Positions 1 to 10,092 of a stretch of 64,000 nucleotides of DNA are shown one piece after another. The position numbers were made by a program, and so were the translations under genes. The notes beneath the pieces were generated by a model, which ran no database searches, was not told the DNA's origin, and was given only the letters and a program-made list of their open reading frames with translations. The DNA comes from an uncultured Candidatus Saccharibacteria bacterium (lineage in GTDB: Bacteria; Patescibacteriota; Dojkabacteria; J137), in the NCBI GenBank assembly GCA_964620955.1, contig CAZUKH010000001.1, forward strand, positions 190,810-254,809. The letters are read 5' to 3'. The stretch's first letter is position 1; each line of letters begins with the position of its first letter.

Positions 1-846
1 GAGCCTGTTGAACCCCAAGAAGAGGTCAATCCAGTAGAAGAAGGAGAAGAAATAGCTCCAGAGCCAACTATTCCACCAGCTCCTCCTTTTAATCTTGGTT
101 ATGAACCCGAAACAGACCTAACAGAAAGAGAATTTATTCTTTGGGTTTACGATATAGGCACAAGAGAAAAGGTATTCGAATTAAAGGATGGAGATGTTAT
201 AGATATTGCCAACATGTCTTCGAAAGACATTTCAATTGTCGTTGATATTTATCCTGGCACCAAAGGGAGTGTTAAGTTTGAAGACTCTGGAGGTTATTTT
301 TATAAAGAGAACTTCGCACCTTTTTCTATTGATGGCGAGTATCACTGGAATAACCAACTACCGGAACCCTGGGCATACCAGCTAAGGGACTACTCACTTA
401 CAGTTACTGCCTACGCTCTAAAGAATTTGCAAGGTGAAATAATAGGAAGAAAAGATATTAACTTTTCTATTGTAGATACTTCAACAAGGGTTGTTCCTAT
501 TCCAGATAATCAAGAAGAAGATTTAGTTATTGAAGAAAAAAGTGAAACATATGACACTACTTCGGAGTCTTCTGATATTTCGTTTCTTCTCGATTTGGGT
601 ATACAAGCTGGGCAGGAAAACAGTGATGTTTCTGCTCTTAAATCTATACCTTCTGTTTTAGGTGTTGAGACTAGAACAACCCTAGAGTCGCAAGAAACTT
701 TGCCTAATACCGGCATTACGCTTAACGAAACACTTATAATTGGTATGTTAATAGTTCTTTTGGTTTTCGAAATCAATGCACTTGGTGCAGAAAAAAAGTT
801 TTTTACCTGGCTAAAAAAAACTGTAAAACGAAGAAGTATTGATTAA
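1..846 (+). CDS. Cell-surface protein with C-terminal sortase sorting signal (LPNTG); 5'-partial
   Basis: Frame is open from base 1 (EPVEPQEEVNP... Pro/Glu-rich linker), so the start lies left of the window. C-terminus has LPNTG, a hydrophobic helix and a basic tail (KKTVKRR). The next gene is a sortase. Confidence 0.8.
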   Translation, partial: EPVEPQEEVNPVEEGEEIAPEPTIPPAPPFNLGYEPETDLTEREFILWVYDIGTREKVFELKDGDVIDIANMSSKDISIVVDIYPGTKGSVKFEDSGGYFYKENFAPFSIDGEYHWNNQLPEPWAYQLRDYSLTVTAYALKNLQGEIIGRKDINFSIVDTSTRVVPIPDNQEEDLVIEEKSETYDTTSESSDISFLLDLGIQAGQENSDVSALKSIPSVLGVETRTTLESQETLPNTGITLNETLIIGMLIVLLVFEINALGAEKKFFTWLKKTVKRRSID

Positions 847-1462
847 TCTGATAACATATAATATGTTTGTTAAACTTCTTAAATTATCAAACCTTTTGCT
901 TTCAGCTGCATGTATAATACTTGGGTTTTACATTATTTTATGGCCGTTTACTCCTGAGCTTGAACTGGCTGTTGCCAAAGCTAGTAGTAATGGGATAGTT
1001 TATAAAGGAGAATACGCAACAAGTGCTGAAAATGTTAATGCTGGAGATTTAAAGCCTATTCCTGTTGAAAACACCTTGGTTATTCCGAAAATACTTGTTA
1101 ATGCAGCAATAATAAGCAGCGAAGACAAAGCTGCACTGGACAAGGGTTTATGGCATAGGCCTAACTCCAGTACTCCCAAAAAGGGTGGGAATACAGTTAT
1201 TGCTGCTCACAGATTTTTATATACATCCGGCTCAAATACTTTTTACCACCTTGATAAATTAGAAATCGGGGACGATATCCTAGTGTATTGGGAAGGGAAA
1301 GAGTTTATGTATAAAATTTTTGAGGTGCGAGAAGTTTTACCTACAGAAGTTAGCATTGAAAATAACACAGCTAACTCAATTATTACACTTTACACATGTA
1401 CCCCTTTATGGACAGCAGACAGGAGGCTAGTAGTAAAAGGACAGCTAGTCAACCAAAATTAA
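839..1462 (+). CDS. Sortase (class D/E-like)
   Basis: N-terminal TM; GNTVIAAHR (catalytic His), F-x-x-L-x-x-L-x-x-GD, TLYTCTP (catalytic Cys), RLVV (Arg). Start may be ATG 863. Confidence 0.92.
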   Translation: MINLITYNMFVKLLKLSNLLLSAACIILGFYIILWPFTPELELAVAKASSNGIVYKGEYATSAENVNAGDLKPIPVENTLVIPKILVNAAIISSEDKAALDKGLWHRPNSSTPKKGGNTVIAAHRFLYTSGSNTFYHLDKLEIGDDILVYWEGKEFMYKIFEVREVLPTEVSIENNTANSIITLYTCTPLWTADRRLVVKGQLVNQN

Positions 1463-1572
1463 GCTTTGAGGTAGCCAAGTTAATAATCTTGTTATTAATT
1501 TTTGGTTTTAGTGTTTGTTACATTTTGTGGCTAAATGGAATGGCAGACTTTCCAGAATTGCTATAATAACAG

Positions 1573-2304
1573 ATGTCGAAATTAATTCTTGTTGGTGTAC
1601 CAATAGGCAACTTAGCAGATATTTCAGTACGGTCGATCAAATCAATATTTGAAAGTACGGTTATAGCTTGCGAAGACACTAGGTCTTTTACTAAGCTTAA
1701 AGGTTTGCTCAAACTTAAATACGCTTTAACTTTTAATGCGTTAGGAGTAACTCCAATCGAAAAAGGTGTCCAAAAAATTATTTCTTACAGAGACCAAAAC
1801 CACATTAGGGTTGTTGATAGTTTGATTAACTATTTAAAAAGTGGGGTAGAAGTGACTTTAGTTTCTGATGCCGGAATGCCTGCAATTTCGGACCCGGGAT
1901 GGAAGCTAATAAATGCAGTCATTACAAATGGATTTGAAATAGATGTTTTTCCTGGCCCTACGGCTGTCACTTCTTCACTTGTTCTATCAGGATTGCCTAC
2001 GGATAGGTACACTTTTTTAGGTTTTTTGCCTCGGAACGAAAATAAAGTTAGAAAACTTGTTTCAAAATTTTGGGATATTTCTACTGTAATTGTATTTGAG
2101 TCTCCTTATAGAGTTAGAAAAACTATTGATTACATTTTGGGTGAAGCTAAAGAAAAACAACAAGAAGTTTCTATTGCTCTTTGTTGTGATATTACAAAAG
2201 CAGGTCAAAAAATTTACCGAGGAACTTCAAATAATATAGTAAATATAATTAAAAACATCCCGCTAAAGGGAGAATGGGTTATTTGCATAAGGGCTGTTAA
2301 GTAG
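1573..2304 (+). CDS. rsmI: 16S rRNA (cytidine1402-2'-O)-methyltransferase
   Basis: PIGNLADIS, ACEDTR, VSDAGMPAISDPG, PGPTA, FLGFLP and FESPYR motifs. Confidence 0.93.
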   Translation: MSKLILVGVPIGNLADISVRSIKSIFESTVIACEDTRSFTKLKGLLKLKYALTFNALGVTPIEKGVQKIISYRDQNHIRVVDSLINYLKSGVEVTLVSDAGMPAISDPGWKLINAVITNGFEIDVFPGPTAVTSSLVLSGLPTDRYTFLGFLPRNENKVRKLVSKFWDISTVIVFESPYRVRKTIDYILGEAKEKQQEVSIALCCDITKAGQKIYRGTSNNIVNIIKNIPLKGEWVICIRAVK

Positions 2305-3814
2305 ACTCGACTCTAAAACTAAGCGCCTCCATTATTGTTTCCTCTTCTACTACAATAATATTATTTAAGTCTGCTATTGTTTGGGCTACTTTAAGGATAC
2401 GAAAATAGGAGCGTGCTGATAAGTTCCAGTTTTCGGCTGCTTTTTGCAATGTTAATTTTGCATTAGTTGTAATTTTTATAAACTTTTTAATACCTTCATG
2501 ATCTAAGTCGCTGTTAGACTTGTACACTGTTCCTTTAAACTTTTGTATTTGTATATCTTTAGCAGCTTCAACTCTTTGCCTAACTTTTTCAGAGCTTTCA
2601 CTTTCATTATCTTTAAATAACTCGGCATTTTCTACTTTTGCAACTGGGACTATTAAATCTATTCGGTCAATTATTGGACCGGAAATTCTTTTACGATACT
2701 TTGCAATGTCAAACTCAGTGCAGGTGCATGTTTTTACAGGGTCACCGTGATAGCCACATTTACAAGGGTTCATTGCTGCTACAAGCATAAAGTTTGCAGG
2801 AAAACTTATTGACCCGGATGCCCTCGAAATATTAACAACTTTATCTTCTATTGGCTGCCTTAACGATTCGAGAGTTTGAGCAGAAAACTCAGGAAATTCG
2901 TCTAAAAAAAGTACACCTCTATGAGCTAGTGAGATTTCTCCTGGCCTAATTTTCCCTCCTCCACCGACTAAAGAAACTGTTGAAGCTGTATGATGAGGTG
3001 ATCGGAAAGGCCGAGTGGTAATTAATGGTTTGTTTTTTGATGTAAGCCCAGCAATACTATAGATTTTCGTTACTTCAATACTTTCTTCATAAGTTAACTT
3101 AGGTAAAATCCCTGGAATGCATCTTGATAAAAGAGTTTTTCCCGAACCTGGTACTCCATTAAGTAATAAGTTGTGAGAACCAGCGGCAGCAATCTCCAGG
3201 GCTCTTTTAGCATGAGTTTGTCCGTTAACTTGCTTTAAATCAAAATTATTTTTACTTAAATTAACATAATCATTCCATTTAGCAGGGTGAGAGTAGGGTG
3301 TAGGATTAAACCCAGTCAAATGATTTACAACGGTTCTTAAATCGTCAGCAGCAACTATATTTATTCCGCTAATCAACGTGGCTTCTTTTTCATTCTCTTT
3401 TGGAATAAATACTTCTTTAATACCTTTGCGCTTAGCAGAGTGAACTATGGGTAATATTCCTGAAACCGGTCTTAATCTACCGTCTAAAGCCAACTCACCA
3501 ACAAATAACTTTTCTTTTGTATCAAAGTCTAGCTGGTTAGATGCTGCAAGGTAACCTAAAGCAATGGGGAGGTCATAACTTGGTCCTGATTTTATAAGGT
3601 CAGCTGGGGCAAGATTAACGACTATTCTTACTGGAACAAATTCGAATCCGGAATTTCTTATAGCTGAGGGTATTCTATCTTTGGCTTCTTGTACCGATTT
3701 ATCGGCCATACCTACTATAGAAAAGTACGTATTTGTTCTTCTATAATCTGTTTCAACCTCTACAATAGTGCAATCGAGTCCAACTAATGCAGCACTAAAG
3801 ATTTTTGAGGGCAT
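2297..3814 (-). CDS. comM: YifB/ComM family Mg-chelatase-like AAA+ ATPase
   Basis: VNLAPADLIKSGPSYDLPIA, GELALDG, GVPGSGKT, RPFRSPHHTAS, PGEISLAHRGVLFLDE, AAMNPC. Confidence 0.95.
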   Translation of the reverse strand: MPSKIFSAALVGLDCTIVEVETDYRRTNTYFSIVGMADKSVQEAKDRIPSAIRNSGFEFVPVRIVVNLAPADLIKSGPSYDLPIALGYLAASNQLDFDTKEKLFVGELALDGRLRPVSGILPIVHSAKRKGIKEVFIPKENEKEATLISGINIVAADDLRTVVNHLTGFNPTPYSHPAKWNDYVNLSKNNFDLKQVNGQTHAKRALEIAAAGSHNLLLNGVPGSGKTLLSRCIPGILPKLTYEESIEVTKIYSIAGLTSKNKPLITTRPFRSPHHTASTVSLVGGGGKIRPGEISLAHRGVLFLDEFPEFSAQTLESLRQPIEDKVVNISRASGSISFPANFMLVAAMNPCKCGYHGDPVKTCTCTEFDIAKYRKRISGPIIDRIDLIVPVAKVENAELFKDNESESSEKVRQRVEAAKDIQIQKFKGTVYKSNSDLDHEGIKKFIKITTNAKLTLQKAAENWNLSARSYFRILKVAQTIADLNNIIVVEEETIMEALSFRVEST

Positions 3815-3858
3815 ACTGATTTAGTAAATGCAGTATTTTACCACAGTAGTAAGTTACT

Positions 3859-5022
3859 TTACAGGCTTCGTGACGGATCTCTTTCTAATGATTGAATTTG
3901 AATATTCGTTTCTAAGGGTTTTTTATTAATTGCTTTTGAAAAGTTTGAGACCAATCCAATCATTGCTGCATTATCTGTTGTAAGTGTTTGATCGAAAGGT
4001 GATCTCATTGTTATTCCTAGCGGCTTTGTTATTTTTCTAACCATTGACCGAAACCTGACATTTGCAATAACCCCTCCACCTAGCCAAACCTCTTGTGGAT
4101 TGTATTGCTTTAAGGCTTTTAAAAGTTTTACTTCAATTTGCCTAAAAGCAACTTGTTCAAACAAAACAGAAAGGTCTAGTATTTGTTGTTTGTTCAGGTT
4201 CATTGTACCATTTGTTTTATTTACAACTAGCTGTTGAAATGCTGTTTTTAGGCCAGAATAACTAAAGTTTAAATCTTTTGAATAGTACATTGGAATTGGT
4301 AGCTCGTATTTTTCAAGTGTTTTTTTGTTTTGGGCTGTTATTACTACTGATTGACTGCGCTTTTCTTCTTTTAATGTTACTTCTAAGCGATTTTGCGAAG
4401 CAAAATCGCTTAGAACTGGCCCGGCAGGGTAACCTATTCCCATTATGCGGCCACACTTATCAAAAGCCTCCCCACATGAGTCATCTTGCGTTTCTGCAAT
4501 TTTTTTATAAACTCCTGGACTTTGAACTACAATCAACTCTGTATGCCCTCCTGAAACAAGTACCCCAAGTGCAGGATAAATATTAGTGTCAAAAAGGCTA
4601 TTCCAGCTTTCTAAAGCCTTTTGCTGCTTTAATTTAATTTTTGATTTTCTTGCAGCAAAGCCAGAAAGCAGGTGACCCTCCATGTGATTGATTGGAAATA
4701 AAGGTTTTTGATTTTTAATTGAAAGTTCTTTAGCTTTATTTATGCCCACCTCTAAAGCTATAGCTAACCCCGGGCCATAGGTAACCGCAACAAAGTCTAT
4801 TTGCTTTATAGTTTTTCCAGCTCTCTTTAAGGCTAAATCTATAACTCCATTGATTCTTTTTTCATGTTCTAGTTTTGCAAGGGACGGTACAACACCCCCA
4901 AACTCTTTATGCATTTGCATTTGTGAAGGGCGGATATTTGAAAGTACAATATTATTCTCAACTACTGCAGCGGATGTTTCATCACATGAAGTATCTATAG
5001 CTAATGTTATTAGTTTTTGCAT
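3859..5022 (-). CDS. tsaD: tRNA N6-threonylcarbamoyladenosine transferase TsaD
   Basis: LAIDTSCDET, GGVVP, NHMEGH, LVSGGHT, DDSCGEAFDK, FSYSGLKT, DNAAMIG; carries two lineage-specific insertions. Confidence 0.95.
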   Translation of the reverse strand: MQKLITLAIDTSCDETSAAVVENNIVLSNIRPSQMQMHKEFGGVVPSLAKLEHEKRINGVIDLALKRAGKTIKQIDFVAVTYGPGLAIALEVGINKAKELSIKNQKPLFPINHMEGHLLSGFAARKSKIKLKQQKALESWNSLFDTNIYPALGVLVSGGHTELIVVQSPGVYKKIAETQDDSCGEAFDKCGRIMGIGYPAGPVLSDFASQNRLEVTLKEEKRSQSVVITAQNKKTLEKYELPIPMYYSKDLNFSYSGLKTAFQQLVVNKTNGTMNLNKQQILDLSVLFEQVAFRQIEVKLLKALKQYNPQEVWLGGGVIANVRFRSMVRKITKPLGITMRSPFDQTLTTDNAAMIGLVSNFSKAINKKPLETNIQIQSLERDPSRSL

Positions 5023-5028
5023 TTGTAA

Positions 5029-6084
5029 TTATACCGCAGTAACAGGGGCGTCATTCCCCCTAAGGTCAATAAGTTGAAGTAAAAATGTGAAATCGTCATA
5101 ATGGCCATTATCATTTATTACCAAAGCTTTTCCCAGTACTTTTTTAAGTAGATCATTTTGATCTGAACTTTCTTCCATTGCTGTTTGGATAAATTTAATC
5201 CAGTCATTACGATGTATTTGTCCGGTTATACCATCACTTGCAGTAACAACAAGGTAAATTTTACCAGGTATTAAAGGAACTCTAAGTTTGTGAAAACTTT
5301 CTATATTTCCTGGTGAAAAGGGACTATTTCTACTTAAAGCTCCTACAAGCTCATTAGACCTTTCCTTATATGCGTCTGGATCTAAAGTAATTATTATTTC
5401 TTGAACACCATTGCTAAATATAATTTCAAAAGTTTCTTTTTTATTATCTTCTACATGCTCAAAAAATCTGCATAGCTGGTTATAAACAGCTTCATTGGAA
5501 AGAGAATCTAACAAATCTATATTTGCATCCTGAAATTTGAAATAAATGTAGCCATTCATTAATGGCGTTAAAAGTTTTGAAGTGGAACTCGCTGGGTTTA
5601 CAGGGTCAAACTCTACAAGGTAAATTGGCGAATCTCCTGAATAGTAGGTTTCAACTACTTTTTGATTTCCTACCATAAAGACAAAGCTTATTGCAATGGT
5701 TGTGCTTGTATTGTCTTCCATTCCTTTTACAAATTCGATAATTGATTCAATTACTTCTTTTGGTGAGTTTAAACTTGCAACAGTTTTTTCAAGGTGACTT
5801 CTTATATGCTCGGATGCTACTTGATTTGGGGGATTTAGCGACCTTGGAGTAGGGCTATCTAAAACTACTGCCATATTGCCCCATGAAAATTCGTAAATAA
5901 AGTACCTGTCATAACCTGCTCCTTTTCCAACGTAAACTTCTTTCCTGTTGTTATAACCACCTGCTACGCCTGGAAGTGAAGCATTGGCTGTTTGAACTGT
6001 ACGTATTTGTCCCAAAATTTCGGGGGGTTCTTGAGAACTTCCAGTTATAACCTTTACTTCTTGCGTTTTGAACTCATCTGTCAT
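5029..6084 (-). CDS. Divergent PP2C-like (PPM) phosphatase-fold protein
   Basis: Motifs in PP2C order: YDR, VVLDS, TTIAI, SGDSPIY, ASDGI, DDFT. Confidence 0.55.
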   Translation of the reverse strand: MTDEFKTQEVKVITGSSQEPPEILGQIRTVQTANASLPGVAGGYNNRKEVYVGKGAGYDRYFIYEFSWGNMAVVLDSPTPRSLNPPNQVASEHIRSHLEKTVASLNSPKEVIESIIEFVKGMEDNTSTTIAISFVFMVGNQKVVETYYSGDSPIYLVEFDPVNPASSTSKLLTPLMNGYIYFKFQDANIDLLDSLSNEAVYNQLCRFFEHVEDNKKETFEIIFSNGVQEIIITLDPDAYKERSNELVGALSRNSPFSPGNIESFHKLRVPLIPGKIYLVVTASDGITGQIHRNDWIKFIQTAMEESSDQNDLLKKVLGKALVINDNGHYDDFTFLLQLIDLRGNDAPVTAV

Positions 6085-6151
6085 TGCTTACATATTTATA
6101 CGAGGATTATATCACTTAAAAAAGTTTTTAAGACAATATGGCGGGAGGTTA

Positions 6152-6490
6152 CTAAACCCCTATTAGGTAAAGCATTACTACTATAATTAGTGTTATATTA
6201 AAAAATGTTACTACTGTGAAGCCAATAAGGGCACTTAACCTAGCACCTTTCCAGTGTGTATTTTTGTACCAGTATTTACCTTCTGTTGTTCTTATAATTG
6301 GGCTCCAAGGTGCCATTGGACCTATAAGAAAAGCCTTGTAGAGTGGTTTGTTTTTTAGGCTAACAGCTTTTTTGGGTGAGTCAGCTTTTTGCTTAGTAAT
6401 AAAACGGGAAAACGAAACAAACATTGCAATGTAAAAAGTATTTAAAACAAGAATTATTAATAATAAACCAAGCAAAACCCAATACTCCAT
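6152..6490 (-). CDS. Hypothetical membrane protein (2 TM)
   Basis: 112-aa ORF with hydrophobic N- and C-terminal segments; fills the intergenic gap. Confidence 0.6.
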   Translation of the reverse strand: MEYWVLLGLLLIILVLNTFYIAMFVSFSRFITKQKADSPKKAVSLKNKPLYKAFLIGPMAPWSPIIRTTEGKYWYKNTHWKGARLSALIGFTVVTFFNITLIIVVMLYLIGV

Positions 6491-6617
6491 TGTAACGAAA
6501 GTTAAACTAAGCTAATAATATACTCTTTCGTATTTGCTTACAAGCCTTTGTTATTGGCTGGGTTATTCTCCATAAAGTGTTGACAAAAAATAATACTGCA
6601 CGGTAGCTTGGTAGGGT

Positions 6618-7304
6618 ATGAGTGATCAAAGCAGCGTAGCTAGTGACCAACAACTCCCAACTCTTTGTGACACCTGTGAACCCTGGGCAGATGAAGATTA
6701 TGGCGAATACGCGCGAACATGGTGCGGACGGATCCATACTTTATTGAATGATGTTGTAAATAATTATACCAAGGGTATTAATTCCAAGTCTCTGACAGCA
6801 AAGTTGAGGAAAGAGGTACTGGAAGCTAATACAGGTATGATTGATGCCCCATGCCTTTTTCACAAGGACCTGATTTTGATTAAAAATTTAATTGGTGCAT
6901 GTAGTAATGCTAAACAGATGTTTTTAGTTGCCCAGTCGCTACAATACTTGACTCGTAGCTTTGACTTTACCAAACCAGGAGAATACAGTGACTGGTCTTT
7001 TTATCTTAATTTGCTGAAAGGTTTCAGTGGACAGAAACTGGTTTCACTTGCTTTTGTTTTAAGAGGCATTGAAGATAAATATACCCCAACCTTTAAATCC
7101 AATGATTTTAAAGGAAAATTTATTGAATATGCAATAATTATAAGAATGGCGGAAAACTCAGCTGAAATGCTATTTAAACTTACAAACGAATTCATGCGGG
7201 AGTGGAACAAAATATCACAACATAGAAAAATTTCTCCACCTTATACCACGAGTAATTTAAATTCACCGGATCAACTTGATCAAAACCCACCTTTAGAGCA
7301 TTAA
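6618..7304 (+). CDS. Hypothetical protein (ORFan)
   Basis: 228-aa ORF preceded by TTGACA-N17-TAGCTT promoter-like signal; no recognisable family. Confidence 0.6.
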   Translation: MSDQSSVASDQQLPTLCDTCEPWADEDYGEYARTWCGRIHTLLNDVVNNYTKGINSKSLTAKLRKEVLEANTGMIDAPCLFHKDLILIKNLIGACSNAKQMFLVAQSLQYLTRSFDFTKPGEYSDWSFYLNLLKGFSGQKLVSLAFVLRGIEDKYTPTFKSNDFKGKFIEYAIIIRMAENSAEMLFKLTNEFMREWNKISQHRKISPPYTTSNLNSPDQLDQNPPLEH

Positions 7305-7807
7305 ATTACTTCTTTAACATCATGTTCATACGGGTAGTCATGGGTTTCAGATTCTTTTACATTCAGGCTAAACTTAACTCCTTTTAAAAGATCTTGCACT
7401 TGTAATGAGCTACCGTGTTTATCGTTTCTATTTTGAATAATGTGAATTTGTCCATTAAAACTCTTTAGTCTTTCGTAATACAACGATTGCTGAGTAAGGT
7501 TTAAGTCGTTAATAGGAATACCAATAAAAATAAGTTTTTTTACCAGCTCACCATAGTCACTCAAAAGCTGGATAGTAATTAAAGTACCTATAGATTTTGC
7601 AACAAAACAAATTTCTGTTTCTTCTAACGGAATATTTTGCTTAATTACTTTTATTTCGTCAGCTGGATTCCACACTGTACTTTTATCTTTCCAATGAGCC
7701 CATTCATGTGCATAAAAACGCTTTTTTTTACTTTGCATAGTGCCTACAAGATTTTGAAGCTCATCAAAGTTTGTAAAGCTAAATCCAGGCAAAAGAACGT
7801 AGAACAT
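7301..7807 (-). CDS. Small alpha/beta-hydrolase fold protein
   Basis: LLPG oxyanion region, nucleophile elbow AKSIG, QNRNDKHG (Asp) and C-terminal THDY (His); paralog of 7971..8480. Confidence 0.75.
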   Translation of the reverse strand: MFYVLLPGFSFTNFDELQNLVGTMQSKKKRFYAHEWAHWKDKSTVWNPADEIKVIKQNIPLEETEICFVAKSIGTLITIQLLSDYGELVKKLIFIGIPINDLNLTQQSLYYERLKSFNGQIHIIQNRNDKHGSSLQVQDLLKGVKFSLNVKESETHDYPYEHDVKEVI

Positions 7808-7970
7808 AGGAATAAGCTAATTATTTTAGTATAGCAAAATTTAACCATGAAAGATTAACTTTACGCGTCAACAAAGAAATTGCCTCAACTACAATTATAA
7901 AAGAAATGACTTTAGTTACAGAAAACACTTAACACTTTCAAAGCATTGCCAATCTTAAAGTTTTAAAACC

Positions 7971-8480
7971 CTAATTCTTCTTAATTAATTCTTTTACTAA
8001 ATCTGCATACATATAAATGTGGTTTTCTGCAGGCATAATTTTTTCTTTAAAATCTACCCCTTGCATTATATCTCTTACTTTTTCAAGTGGACCATAAGGA
8101 TCATTATCATTTTGTATAAGAATAATCTTTGACTGCACTTTCTTTAAAACCTCTAAGTACCGTTTTGTTTTTTCTTGACCTATGCCAGTTGGGATTCCCA
8201 TTAAAACAACCAATTTAGGGCTTAACCCCAGTTTTTCAATAAGTTCAACAGCAACATAAGTCCCAATTGATTTTCCTAAAACTGAGTACTCTTTTACTTC
8301 TCCAACCGCCGAAAGAATTGTAGAAAGTTCTCTTTCCATGTCAAAACTCAATGCTTCGTCTTTCCAGTGTGCATATTCGTGTGCATAAAAATCTGCGCCT
8401 CGTGCCTTAAACATTTTAGAAAAAGAATCCAACTCTGTTTTATTTATTACTCCGTTTCCTGGAAGATATATGTATTTCAT
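7971..8480 (-). CDS. Small alpha/beta-hydrolase fold protein
   Basis: YLPG, GKSIG, QNDNDPYG, NHIY; tandem paralog of 7301..7807. Confidence 0.75.
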   Translation of the reverse strand: MKYIYLPGNGVINKTELDSFSKMFKARGADFYAHEYAHWKDEALSFDMERELSTILSAVGEVKEYSVLGKSIGTYVAVELIEKLGLSPKLVVLMGIPTGIGQEKTKRYLEVLKKVQSKIILIQNDNDPYGPLEKVRDIMQGVDFKEKIMPAENHIYMYADLVKELIKKN

Positions 8481-8527
8481 GATATTAAATTAAAAACTAC
8501 AGACAAAGATTGTCTTCTTTTTCGTTT

Positions 8528-9130
8528 TTACTTTTTACTTATTATCTCTCCTATTTTTTCCCAGTTAATAACATTCCAAAAAGCCTCAACATATTCAGGT
8601 CTTCTATTTTGATATTTTAGATAATATGCGTGTTCCCAAACATCAAGCCCTAAAATTGGCTTGTGTCCGTGCATTAGAGGGCTATCTTGGTTAGGCATTT
8701 GGTGTAAATGTAAGCTGCCATTTTCTTCTAACGCAAGAAAAACCCAGCCAGACCCAAAAAGAGACAACGCTAAGTTGGAAAATTCTTCTTTGAATTTATC
8801 GAACGAGCCAAACTTTTCATTAATCATTTCAAAAAGTTTCCCTTGGGGCTTTTGCCCATTGTTCTTTTTAAGAATCGAAAAGAAAAGATTATGATTTGCA
8901 AAACCCCCACCATTGTTGCGTACTGTTGTTCTTATTTCTTGTGGCAATAAATCCAAAGAAGCTAAAAGCTCTTCTATAGTTTTATGTTCGTATTCAGTTC
9001 CTGCAATTGCATCATTAAGCTTATCTGTATATGCCTGATGGTGTTTCCCGGAATGGATTTCCATCGTTTTTGCATCAATAAAAGGTTCTAAGTCTTCGAA
9101 GCCAGTAAATGTGAATCTTTCAAACACCAT
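8528..9130 (-). CDS. sodA: Superoxide dismutase, Fe/Mn family (Mn-type signature)
   Basis: [38 protein letters not shown]. Confidence 0.95.
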   Translation of the reverse strand: MVFERFTFTGFEDLEPFIDAKTMEIHSGKHHQAYTDKLNDAIAGTEYEHKTIEELLASLDLLPQEIRTTVRNNGGGFANHNLFFSILKKNNGQKPQGKLFEMINEKFGSFDKFKEEFSNLALSLFGSGWVFLALEENGSLHLHQMPNQDSPLMHGHKPILGLDVWEHAYYLKYQNRRPEYVEAFWNVINWEKIGEIISKK

Positions 9131-9216
9131 AAAGAAATTTTTTAATAACTAAGTTTTGAGGTTAAAATCTGCATGTTATTCTATTATACCAGCCTAAAAA
9201 CTTTAAACAAAAATTT

Positions 9217-10092
9217 ATGAAAGAAATAGAACGTAATAAGAGCTTCATGAATACAGTTATTTCAATAAAAGTTGTTCAAAACGAGGAGCCAACTTACGAT
9301 ATTAATTTGGCAATTGAAGAAGCCTTTGGAGAATTCGATCGAATAGTAAAAAGTTATACACGGTTTAACGAAAACAGTGAGTTATCAAATTTAAATAGAA
9401 ATAATGGAAACTTTGTAAAAGTTACTGAAGAGTTTTTTATGCTAATTGAAAAAATGTTAGACCTTGCTCAAAAAACTGATGGTTGCTTTGACCCAACTGT
9501 TATTGATTTTCTAGAGGTTTACGGGTACGACAAAAACTATGATTTTTCAAAGCTAGATAAGCCCGAACTAAACGATATTGTTAAAAAAACCGCTAATTCA
9601 AGAAAAAGCTATAAAGAAATAAAATTGAATAATGAAACAAAAGAAGTATGCCTTGCGAAAGGGCAGAGAATAGACCTTGGAGGTATTGGTAAAGGATATG
9701 CTATTGATTGCGCTTATGAAAAATTGAGTTTAAAGCTAAAAAACTTTTTAATTGATGCAGGAGGAGATATAAGAGCAAGTGGCAATAACTCAGAAAACCA
9801 ACCTTGGAAAATTGCACTTAAAGCAAGCATTGGAGGCGAACCTATGAATATTGGACAAATGTCTCTTAAAGATAGTGCGCTCGCGAGCTCAGGCTCGTGG
9901 GCTCGAAGAGTTCGTCAGTTTCACCACATAATTAACCCTGTAAGCGGGCAACCTGTAATAGCAAAGTATTCAACTGTTTTTGTTGAGGCCCCTACTGCAT
10001 TAGAAGCTGACGGGTGGGCTACAGCCCTTTTTGTGGGAGGTTCGAGCTTGCAAGAGAAGCTCCCGGACCACCTGAAATGCCTCTTTTTTTAG
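9217..10092 (+). CDS. apbE: FAD:protein FMN transferase
   Basis: SELSNLN, FDPTV, DLGGIGKGYAID, DAGGDI, ASSG, HHIINP, ADGWATA; no lipoprotein signal visible. Confidence 0.92.
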   Translation: MKEIERNKSFMNTVISIKVVQNEEPTYDINLAIEEAFGEFDRIVKSYTRFNENSELSNLNRNNGNFVKVTEEFFMLIEKMLDLAQKTDGCFDPTVIDFLEVYGYDKNYDFSKLDKPELNDIVKKTANSRKSYKEIKLNNETKEVCLAKGQRIDLGGIGKGYAIDCAYEKLSLKLKNFLIDAGGDIRASGNNSENQPWKIALKASIGGEPMNIGQMSLKDSALASSGSWARRVRQFHHIINPVSGQPVIAKYSTVFVEAPTALEADGWATALFVGGSSLQEKLPDHLKCLFF

